From NCBI GenBank assembly GCA_963666055.2, contig CAXWPH010000011.1:128001-192000 (forward strand): 64,000 nucleotides of DNA, in the 5' to 3' direction. This DNA comes from Acidobacteriota bacterium (GTDB taxonomy: Bacteria; Acidobacteriota; UBA890; WLXD01). The position numbers and the translations under genes were made by a program. Positions 32,026 to 40,951 of this stretch are shown piece after piece. Numbering within the stretch: position 1 is the first letter of the stretch; every line of letters starts with the position of its first letter. Below the pieces are notes generated by a model. That model did no database searches. It saw only the letters and a list, made by a program, of their open reading frames with translations, and was not told where the DNA came from.

Positions 32026-32413
32026 CTAGCAGGCCGTGGTGAAAGTGTGGTGGGTCTGGTTACGGCGAGTTGGGGCCAGATGCAAGGCGGCCTGACACGG
32101 GCGATGCCCTAGCAGGCCGTGGTGGAAGTGTGGCGGGCCTGGTTGCGGCGAGTTGGGGCCAGATGCAAGGCGGCCTGACACGGGCGATGCCCTAGCAGGC
32201 CGTGGTGGAAGTGTGGCGGGCCTGGTTGCGGCGAGTTGGGGCCAGATGCAAGGCGGCCTGACACGGGCGATGCCCTAGCAGGCCGTGGTGGAAGTGTGGC
32301 GGGCCTGGTTGCGGCGAGTTGGGGCCAGATGCAAGGCGGCCTGACACGGGCGATGCCCTAGCAGGCCGTGGTGGAAGTGTGGCGGGCCTGGTTGCGGCGA
32401 GTTGGGGCCAGAT
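32026..32413. repeat. Tandem array of 83-bp MITE right-end units (4 full + 1 partial)
   Basis: CTAG at 32026, 32109, 32192, 32275 and 32358; unit CTAGCAGGCCGTGGTG(G/A)AAGTGTGG...GACACGGGCGATGCC. Confidence 0.92.
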
Positions 32414-32603
32414 CGTGACGAAGGTCCTGAAGAACAAGGAAGCGATGGAGGAGTACGTCGAGGAGGTGGCAGACGCTTTGGAAGACGCCATGGACGATGA
32501 TCCGAAGGCGCGAAACATGTTTCTTTCCGCCGCCATGTCCGACAGCTCGTTCAGGGACCGCGTCGCCGATGCCCTGGTGCAGGAGATGATCGACGACGAG
32601 TAG
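32414..32603 (+). pseudogene. Small acidic helical protein, N-terminus cut by the repeat array
   Basis: VTKVLKNKEAMEEYVEEVADALEDAMDDDPKAR...IDDE*; resembles 35925-36335. Confidence 0.6.
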
Positions 32604-32773
32604 GAGTCACGGGCGCCAGCAGAGAGCTCAACTGTCAGGGTGGATGCGATCGGCGACTGCCAGCGCGGGTGGTGTGACCCGCGCTGGCAAGGGTGCGCCG
32701 GTCGCCTCATGGACGTCAACGGCCAAAACAGACGCGTGGCTAACTCGAAAGTGGACGCGAACAGGGTAAGCAG

Positions 32774-35025
32774 ATGAGCTCCGGCTCCCGCGACAAGACC
32801 CCTGATGCGCCCGCTCTCGGACGGCAGCAGTCGTCGTGGTCAGGCACAGCAGGATCCTCCTTGGATGGCCTGTTTGCCGGCGTTCGGTGGCTGCGGGGTA
32901 GTGTCGACAAATATCCACTGTCGCCAATGTGGTCGGCCTCGCGCTCGGAATGTACCTCGGAAGCGTTTCAGTGCGCTTCGCTGACGGCGTCAACCGCGCA
33001 GTATCGGGCTTGGTGGGCGCGTATGAAGTAGTTGCTCCGGTCGTCGTCTTCCTGGTAGTGGCTCCAGCCCTGGGACAACTCGTCGCGAATCGGGACGGCC
33101 GTCCATTCATCGGCCGAGCAATGATCTGGCTCGCGTTCAACTGGCTCCTGGCCTGCGTGTGGGGGGCCGCGTTCACCGCGCTGGTATTCGGAATGCCGCT
33201 TCTGCCCCGCGGGACTACGGGGCCGTGGGAAGCGGCGACGACATCCCTGAGTGCTCTCTTCTACACGCTCGTCTACAGCAAGCTGTTCTTGGCTCTGTAC
33301 GCCGGAATCGGCTTGGCGCTCCTGGCTCGGCGAAGGCGTCACCTGCTGTCCGCTGTGGAGCGGTGCACCGCCGGCCTAGAGGTTGCCGGTGGGTACTTCG
33401 CAACCGTGGTCCCCCTGCTCATGCTTGCCGTAGGAGGGTATGTCGTCTCCCTCCCTCGAACGCTGCTCGGTGAGTTGAACTTGTCGAATCGCACCGCGCA
33501 ATTGCAGCCGGTCTCGCTCGTAGGCGCCGAGATCGATGTACGAACACCCGAGGGCATGTTGTTCTTCTACCTTGTCATCGCGCTGCTGACCGGTGCGGCG
33601 ACGATCATCTGGCATCTGAGCCTGCTGGCCCGCACCAAGCGTGTTTACCCCGCGTTCTCCCTTCGGCACTACTTCCGTCGTTACTGGCTAAAGCTCAATC
33701 CCCTTCTCTTTACGACTTGCTCAGAGAGTCTTGCCGCACCGCTGAACCTCTTCCTTGCGCGAACCCATTTCCCAGAGGTGCCGGCCGCAGTACGGCGGTT
33801 CTCCATCGCGGCAGGCGCCAGCATCGACCAGAACGGCACCCGCATCACCGCCTTTCTCGTCGCCGGCGCGGTCGCCGCCTTGTTGGGACTCCCGCTGTCT
33901 CTCATCGAGTTGCTGGCGGCGATTCCGCTGGTGATGCTCATTGGCTTGGCGATTCCTGGAATCCCCGGCGAGCTCGTGTTGTTCGCCGGCCCGCTTTCTA
34001 CTTTGTTCGGTGTCGACGCTACCATCGTGCCGGTCTTCATAGCCCTGTACGCCGGTCTGCAGTTCGGTTTCCCGGACTCCTTTCGCACCTGCGTGAACTC
34101 GTCAGATCGCCTGCCGGTAATGATGCTCGTTACCAAGCTCCTCGGAGCGCAACGACCAACACACGACGAGGTACTCGTAGCCGCAGCCGGTGAGTCAATG
34201 CAGCCTGTTGCCGCTCCTGCCGTGAGATCTCTTCCAGAGTTGCACCCGAGACCGCGCCGGCTTGTCGCCAGGCCGCGACTTCGCGACCGAGAGGTCAGGT
34301 GGATCTTCAAGCGAGCCGAGCCGCTCGCCCTCCTCCACGTGGTGTTGAATTCGTCCGCTGGCGACCGCTTCGGTCGTCGCCTTCTCGAGTGTCTGGAAGA
34401 TCCTGTTGCGATGGACGCGGTGAATCGCCTCGCAGAGGACAATGGCGTGAGCGACGCTGGACGGTATGTCTCGGCGAAGCTACGACACGGGTTAGTCCGG
34501 ACAGTGAGCGCTGGCGCCGGCAACGCCACGGCCTTGGTCCGCACCCAATTGGGGGACCGAGCGTTAAACGCACTCATCGCGCTCGAGCGGCGAATCGGCG
34601 CTGCAGCAGTCGCCACGATCTCCCAAGCCGACCTCGGGACCAACTGCTTACGGCTGTTCCTGCGCCTCTACACCGGCAACGGCAAGACGGCATCGACCGT
34701 GGCCGGGCGTGCCACGACCGCCTACTCCTGGGAGCGCGTGTCCGAGTTGACGATGTTTCTGCCACGCGGCATCGAGGCCCTTGCGGCCATCGAGATGCTC
34801 GCCAACGCGGGTCTGCTGATTTACGACGACGCGAAGCAAATGCTGATGCTTCCTTCCGTGAGGGCTCGTGCCTTCTACCAGTACCTGATCGCCCTCGGTC
34901 TCCTGATGAAGCACCACGGTCAGGAGAACTCGCCGCAACAACATCGGCGTAAGAGACGCCTTGCGACGGACGGCCAGGCGTGGACAGACAGCGCGAGCGT
35001 GCAAAAGGAGACCGTGCCGAGTTAA
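32774..35025 (+). CDS. Divergent DAACS-family transporter fused to a C-terminal soluble domain; probable 1-bp frameshift near 32920
   Basis: TCSESLAAP (HP1-like), GASIDQNGT (NMDGT-like), IPGIPG (HP2-like), DSFRTCVN (TM8-like), then about 280 aa of soluble domain. The upstream 85-aa ORF (…DKYPL) joins it with +1 nt. Confidence 0.75.
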
Positions 35026-35056
35026 CACACCGTGAAAGAAGGCCGCTGCAACATCC

Positions 35057-35860
35057 ATGACAATGCGTAGACTTTTCCATCGGCTCGTGGTCGCTTTGGC
35101 GATCACCCTGACGTTCGGATCGGCGGTGGCGTCAGCCCAGGACGACAAGGTGAGCGCGGGGCGCCCCGGCGAGACGGAGGCTACCGACGTGATCTCCCCG
35201 GGGCAGGTCCAAATCGAAATGGGATTCAGTTTCGGTCGTGACACGGACGGCAGCAATGTCAGCAAGACGAGCGCGTTCCCGTCTACACTCGTTCGCTTGG
35301 GGCTAATCGATCGCCTCGAGCTGAACCTAAGCAGCGATGGTCTGCTCATTGAGAGCATCAGCGGCACATCTGGACGCCATCGTGATGCCGGCACTGGCGA
35401 TCCCGTGGTCGGCTTCAGGTACCACGTCGCAGACGGGAGTGGGTTGCTGCCGTCAGCCGCGGTAGTGGTATCTACTTCCCTCCCCGCGGCTGGAGAGCCC
35501 TTCGGCAACAGCCACAGCGACTTCAATGTAGCCTTCGCGGCCAGTCATTCCCTGGGCAGCGATGCCGCCTTCGACTGGACAATGTCGTACTTAGGCCCGA
35601 TCGGGAAGGCGGACGACGCTACCTCTCAACTTAGTTACGCGGCCGCACTGGGACTCGACATCACTACGAGACTCGGGACGTTCGTGGAGGTCTTCGGCGA
35701 CGTACCGAGCGCCGGGGGCTCGGACGGCAGCACCTCTGTCGGCGGCGGCTTCATCCGTTACATCGGACGTCACATGAGTGTAGATCTCTCGATCGCCGTC
35801 GGTCTCTCCGGAGCCTCTGAAGACTTGCGCTTTGGCTTCGGTTTGGTGGCGCATCTCTAG
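35057..35860 (+). CDS. Outer-membrane beta-barrel 'transporter' (MetA-pathway of phenol degradation-like)
   Basis: Signal peptide; RPGETEATDVISPGQVQIEMG, LVRLGL, GTGD; amphipathic strands ending FGFGLVAHL. Confidence 0.78.
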   Translation: MTMRRLFHRLVVALAITLTFGSAVASAQDDKVSAGRPGETEATDVISPGQVQIEMGFSFGRDTDGSNVSKTSAFPSTLVRLGLIDRLELNLSSDGLLIESISGTSGRHRDAGTGDPVVGFRYHVADGSGLLPSAAVVVSTSLPAAGEPFGNSHSDFNVAFAASHSLGSDAAFDWTMSYLGPIGKADDATSQLSYAAALGLDITTRLGTFVEVFGDVPSAGGSDGSTSVGGGFIRYIGRHMSVDLSIAVGLSGASEDLRFGFGLVAHL

Positions 35861-35924
35861 CCGAGATGACGACACCTCCAAGGGGACTCGACGTCGATCA
35901 AGCCAAACGCGAGAAGGAGAACAA

Positions 35925-36335
35925 ATGAAGATCACCGCTAGCGAAGCCTTGGCGCTGTACAGTGACAAGCGCTTCATCGGGTCACTGAAGGATGCGTTCT
36001 TGGCAAACAAGAAAGCTCGGGACAAGTTCACCAAGCATGTGGCCAGGAAATTGGCGAGCACCATGGAAGCACCTGGCGGTCGAACGCGGATCGTGCAACA
36101 ACTGCTGGCACACGACGCGATTCTGGGGGGCGCCAAGAACATGGTCGGGCGCCGCGGGCGTTTGGAGGCGGAGAATGACGCGACCACCGCCGGCCGGAAG
36201 GGAGCATCCGATTCCAGCGCGCCGGGGGCCGTCTCTGACACGGTTGGGCGGCGTGTGAAAAAGACCAATAAGAAGACGGGCGGGAAGAAGGCGCGGGCGA
36301 AGAAGCAGACGAAAAAGAAGCGTCGCCGCTCGTAG
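35925..36335 (+). CDS. Small basic protein with Lys/Arg-rich tail
   Basis: RBS GAAGGAG; MKITASEALALYSDKRF...KKTNKKTGGKKARAKKQTKKKRRRS. Confidence 0.72.
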   Translation: MKITASEALALYSDKRFIGSLKDAFLANKKARDKFTKHVARKLASTMEAPGGRTRIVQQLLAHDAILGGAKNMVGRRGRLEAENDATTAGRKGASDSSAPGAVSDTVGRRVKKTNKKTGGKKARAKKQTKKKRRRS

Positions 36336-36601
36336 GATCACGGCCAAGAGCGTTTAACAGCTACGTGTGCTTGCGCGTAGGTTGTTCGACGTCGCCGGCT
36401 GGAGCCGTTCAACCCCGTGCCGAACGACACGGCCACGGGAACTCGTCGCGCTCATGCAGAATTTCTGCCTTCTCCGAGCGCCTCTCCTGATCTTGCCCGG
36501 ATCTTCGCTTCGAGTCCTCCAGATTCCAGGGAGGAGGTGACGGATTCCACCGTTGCCAGCTTGACAATGCTGCTCAGTAGATAGAAAAGCTGTAGCGTCC
36601 A

Positions 36602-36878
36602 TAGCAGGCCGTGGTGAAAGTGTGGTGGGTCGGGCGACAGGGTCTTGCGAAGTGGAGGCAAGGAGAGAGGAGGAGGCGATGGTTACCTATCGTTGACGAG
36701 GAACGACGCAGCTTACGCGCGCAACCCCCTGTCGCCCGAAGGGTTACGTCGATTTGGGGCCATTTGCGGTGTTGGCCTTCCTCGACGATGGCCGGGGCAT
36801 CGCCTGTGTCAGGCCGCCTTCCATCTGGCCCCAACTCGCCGCAACCAGACCCACCACACTTTCACCACGGCCTGCTAG
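36602..36878 (+). mobile_element. Complete MITE (about 272 bp) with TIRs and TA/TAG flanks
   Basis: TIR GCAGGCCGTGGTGAAAGTGTGGTGGGTC at both ends; near-identical to 40461-40729. Confidence 0.9.
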
Positions 36879-36899
36879 GCTCACTATCGACTCTTCGCC

Positions 36900-38278
36900 C
36901 TCACGGAGGGAACTACTTGGCGGCTCAGCAGCTACCTGTGGAGAAGGCGACGACGACGGCACGCAGATCGGCGCCTCTCTATCCAGACTTCGACGTATTC
37001 CTCGCGTTGATCCTACCTTGTTGGCTCATCGTCGCCGCTTTGAGTGTCATCGTCTTCGTTGGACGAGGCCATCCTGCTAGCGAGGTTTTCTGGGCAGGCC
37101 CGGCGATCATGTGTCTCCACCTGGCCATCGGCCTGCTTGTAGCAGTGTTGCTGCGGGCTGGAATCGGAAGTAGCGAAGCCGCAATTCGTAGACCGAGCTT
37201 CGCGTCTCTGGCCCGCTACCTTCCCTTCTTTCTCGGAGGCATGATCGGTACGCTCACGGCAAACGCTGTGCGCTCGTCCCTTTTTCCAGAGTTTCTTCCC
37301 GGGTCGAGACCGCTCACCTCTACCGCGTTCTCGAGCGTGGCCGCAGTTGCGTGGGTTGTTGTGGCGATCGTTGCTCACCGCCTTACCGAGTTACGGTACC
37401 GGCGTCAAGCGTACCGACGACTCGTTCGGGCCCACACAACTGAACTCCAAGACCAGCTCAGCCTCCGCCAGGAGGCCCAGCAAGAGCGCGCTCGGCTGAA
37501 ACAGCAGTTGGTCCGCTCCCAGACCATGGAGGCGATCGGGCGGCTGGCGGCCAGCGTAGCCCACGACTTCAATAACCTGTTGACCACCATCAGAATAAGT
37601 GGTGATCAGCTGCTGGGAGGCCTCGATCGCGTCGACCCGCTCCGCCGGGACGCGGAGTACATTAGCCAAGCCGCCCAGCGCGCTGGTTCGCTCGTCCGGC
37701 GGTTGCAGACATTCAGCCGCCCGCAACCGCTTCAACCAACGGTGCTGGACATCAACAGTGTGATCAACGGGACAAAGAGCATGCTGCAGCGTTTGATACG
37801 CGAGGACATCGAGCTGTGCATCGTTCTTCAACCGCGCATCGGACGGGTAAAAGCAGACGTGGGCCAGCTTGAGCAAACAATCTTGAGTCTCGCGATCAAT
37901 GCCCACGACGCTATGTCGCTGGGTGGCCGGCTCACCATCGAGACAGCCAACGTCGAACTGGGTGAAGAGGATTGCTACGGTCAGCTTGATGCCAATGCAG
38001 GTCCCCACGTACGGTTGACGGTGCACAGCACAGGCTCGGGCATGGATGCCGAGACTCAGAGTCATTTGTTGGAGCCTTTCTTCACCACCAGGGAGGGTGG
38101 CCAGGCATCGGGCCTGGGTATATCCACCGTCTACAGCACGGTCAGACAGTGCGGTGGTCACGTCGAGGTCAACGGCAAGATGGGCCGGGGAACGACGGTC
38201 TCGATCTATCTGCCACGGATCGAGGAAGCGGTGCCGTCCCGGTCGGAAGAGGTTGAGGACCACTCCCTGCGCGGCTAG
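36900..38278 (+). CDS. Membrane-bound sensor histidine kinase
   Basis: Four TM segments, AHDFNNLL, EPFFTT, GLGISTVY. The ORF-track N-terminus is MITE-derived and the true start is uncertain. The stop TAG lies in the MITE CTAG. Confidence 0.8.
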
Positions 38279-38472
38279 CAGGCCGTGGTGAAAGTGTGGT
38301 GGGTCTGGTTACGGCGAGTTGGGGCCAGATGCAAGGCGGCCTGACACTGGCGCTGCCCTAGCCATCGTCGAGGAAGACCAACGCTGCAGATGGCCCCAAA
38401 TCGCCGTAACCCTCCGGGCAACAGGGGGTTGCGCGCGTATGCTGCGTCGTTCCTCGTCAACGATGGGGTGAG
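38275..38472 (-). mobile_element. Truncated MITE copy in reverse orientation
   Basis: Reverse complement of the right ~200 bp of the 36602 and 40461 elements. Confidence 0.85.
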
Positions 38473-38812
38473 CCGGCAACGCTGACTTGACCCTGCCCAT
38501 CTGGCCCTCCCGCTGTCGGGCCGGCTTGTGCGAGACTTCTGCTCGGTTGTTCGCCTACGGTACTCGCTTTCGGAGACATTTCAGAGATAGGCAGCCCACC
38601 ACCGTTGAGCTACAACCATGTATTCGGTTGGGTAGATGACGGCACAGCCACGCTACGAGTTCCGAGTAACATGATCGGGAACGATGCCCAACGACCCTCC
38701 AGTGCCAGCCATGATGCGACTGACGCCCGAATCGCCGCGTACCGACCCGCAGGGCGGCAGCTCCCTGGTCGGCGATAGCGATTGCCGACACAACTTCTGC
38801 CGCCATTTCGGT

Positions 38813-40435
38813 ATGGGGGGGAGGAAGGAGAGCCAGCTCAAAGCGCGGCTGGCGTATGCGCTGCAAAACCGGCTGCGGGCGTTCGGCACTCTCATCGTGT
38901 TGGTGGCGGGGTTCGGGCTAACGCGCCACATCTTTTTCCCCGCGGACTTCTCGCTGCTCCCGCCGCTTTTCGTGTGGCTTACGGTCGCGGCGGCCACCGC
39001 CTACCTCTATAGGCGGCAAGAAGCGCCGCTCGGCCCGCTGCGCCTCATCGAGGGGTGGTTCTTTGCCGGCACCGTGATGGCGATGGCATTCCAGAGCTAC
39101 CACCTCATCCTCGAGGGAGCACGGTTGCCGATCGCCGAGGAAGCAGCCGCCATGACGATGCTCCACTGGTTCCGGCTCTGCCTGCACATGGCGCTCATCA
39201 TCGCGGCCTACGCCATGTTCATGCCGGCGAGCTGGAAGCGAACGCTGGCACATACGCTGCCGATGGCGGTGTGGCCCTTCGCCTTCGGCTGGTGGATGAT
39301 CGGCGCACATGCGGAGGTGGCGGCGGCCGCGGCGCAGCAGGCCGACTTCGAGAAGGTCTCGGCCGCGGCGCTCGCCATGGCCACGGCATTGAGTATCGCC
39401 GTCTTCGGCACCTACATCATCGACTCGTTGCGGCAGGCAGACTACGAGCGCGGCTTCGCGAGCCAGTACCACCTGGAGAAGAAGCTCGGCAAGGGCGGCA
39501 TGGGCGAGGTATGGCTGGCGCGCCACAACCTGTTGACGCGGCCGGCGGCCATCAAGGTGATCCGGCCCGAGATGCTGCGCGACAGCGGAGGCCCGTCGGG
39601 ATCGACCGCGATCACCCTGGCGATGAAGCGCTTCGAGCGGGAGGCGCAGGCTACCGCCACATTAACCTCGCCGAACACGATCGAGCTCTACGACTTCGGC
39701 ACCACGGAAGATGGTTCGTTCTACTACGTCATGGAGTATCTCGATGGGCTCGATCTTGACACGCTGGTCGAGAACCACGGGCCGGTCTCGATCGCCCGGG
39801 CCGTCTACCTACTCACCCAGGCCTGCGATTCCCTCGCCGACGCCCACGAGCACGGGCTGATCCACCGCGACGTGAAGCCAGCGAACATCTTCGCCACCCG
39901 CAAGGGAATCAACTACGACTTCGTGAAAGTGCTCGACTTCGGGCTGGTAAAGGACGTCGACACTTCCGAGAACGGGCGGACCCAGCTCACCGGAGAGGGT
40001 ATGGCCTCGGGCACTCCCGCCTATATGCCTCCCGAGATCGCGCTGGGCAAGAAGGATGTCGATCGCCGCGCCGACATCTATGCCCTGGGCGCGGTGGGCT
40101 ACTGGCTCGCCACAGGCCAGCTTGTCTTCGACTCCCGGTTGCCCATGGAGATGGTGGTCGACCACGTCAAGACCGAGCCGAAGGCCCCCTCATCCCGCAC
40201 CGAGCTAGCGATCCCGCAGCAGTTCGACGAGGTCATCCTGCGGACGCTCGCCAAGGATCCGGAAGGGCGCTTTCAAAGTATGCGCCAGTTTGCAGACGCC
40301 TTGCGCGATATCCCGACCGAGGGAACCTGGGACAACCGGCAGGCCGAGGGCTGGTGGAAGCTGCACGGTAACGGCTCCGGCGGCAACGGTGCCGCGGTCG
40401 GCGAAGCCGTCGACGCGAGCGCAACCGCCCATTAG
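38813..40435 (+). CDS. Membrane-anchored Hanks-type Ser/Thr protein kinase
   Basis: About 6 N-terminal TMs; LGKGGMGEV, AAIK, HRDVKPAN, DFGL, GTPAYMPPE, DIYALG. Start uncertain. Confidence 0.9.
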   Translation: MGGRKESQLKARLAYALQNRLRAFGTLIVLVAGFGLTRHIFFPADFSLLPPLFVWLTVAAATAYLYRRQEAPLGPLRLIEGWFFAGTVMAMAFQSYHLILEGARLPIAEEAAAMTMLHWFRLCLHMALIIAAYAMFMPASWKRTLAHTLPMAVWPFAFGWWMIGAHAEVAAAAAQQADFEKVSAAALAMATALSIAVFGTYIIDSLRQADYERGFASQYHLEKKLGKGGMGEVWLARHNLLTRPAAIKVIRPEMLRDSGGPSGSTAITLAMKRFEREAQATATLTSPNTIELYDFGTTEDGSFYYVMEYLDGLDLDTLVENHGPVSIARAVYLLTQACDSLADAHEHGLIHRDVKPANIFATRKGINYDFVKVLDFGLVKDVDTSENGRTQLTGEGMASGTPAYMPPEIALGKKDVDRRADIYALGAVGYWLATGQLVFDSRLPMEMVVDHVKTEPKAPSSRTELAIPQQFDEVILRTLAKDPEGRFQSMRQFADALRDIPTEGTWDNRQAEGWWKLHGNGSGGNGAAVGEAVDASATAH

Positions 40436-40460
40436 GCGGCAGCGCACCCTCACGAGTGTC

Positions 40461-40729
40461 CTAGCAGGCCGTGGTGAAAGTGTGGTGGGTCTGGCGACAG
40501 GGTCTTGCGAAGTGGAGGCAAGGAGAGAGGAGGAGGCGATGGTTACCCCATCGTTGACGAGGAACGACGCAGGATACGCGCGCAACCCCCTGTCGCCCGA
40601 AGGGTTACGGCGAGTTGCAGCGTTGGCCTTCCTCGACGATGGCTAGGGCATCGCCCGTGTCAGGCCGCCTTCCATCTGGCCCCAACTCGCCGTAACCAGA
40701 CCCACCACACTTTCACCACGGCCTGCTAG
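40461..40729 (+). mobile_element. Complete MITE with 30-bp TIRs flanked by CTAG
   Basis: CTAG-CAGGCCGTGGTGAAAGTGTGGTGGGTCTGG ... CCAGACCCACCACACTTTCACCACGGCCTG-CTAG. Confidence 0.92.
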
Positions 40730-40951
40730 CCCGGGCAAATCCTGAGGTTCATGAGATCGCACTCGAACAACTTCTTTCGATATCCCTGTTGTTTGCAAGC
40801 GGAGGGCGCGCCATGAGAATTAGGTTCCGCTAAACTACGGTTCAGTCGTGCCTAATTTCGTGTCACGGTGGCCGCTCGGGAGAGATCCTCGAGCGCGACG
40901 ACGACTTCTTCGTCGGCGTCGGAAACTGCATCCGCTGGTAGCGAGGAAGTG

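Noticed and set aside
32026-32413. CRISPR array
   Set aside because: Units are contiguous and nearly identical with no unique spacers, they match a MITE end, and there are no cas genes.
36611-36880. N-terminal extension of the histidine kinase and other ORFs over MITE copies
   Set aside because: These are translations of repeat sequence; the same peptides recur at 32192, 38275 and 40505.
40810-40835. Fur box upstream of the di-heme cytochrome (ATGAGAATTAGGTTCC)
   Set aside because: Only one half-site resembles the consensus; too weak to call.
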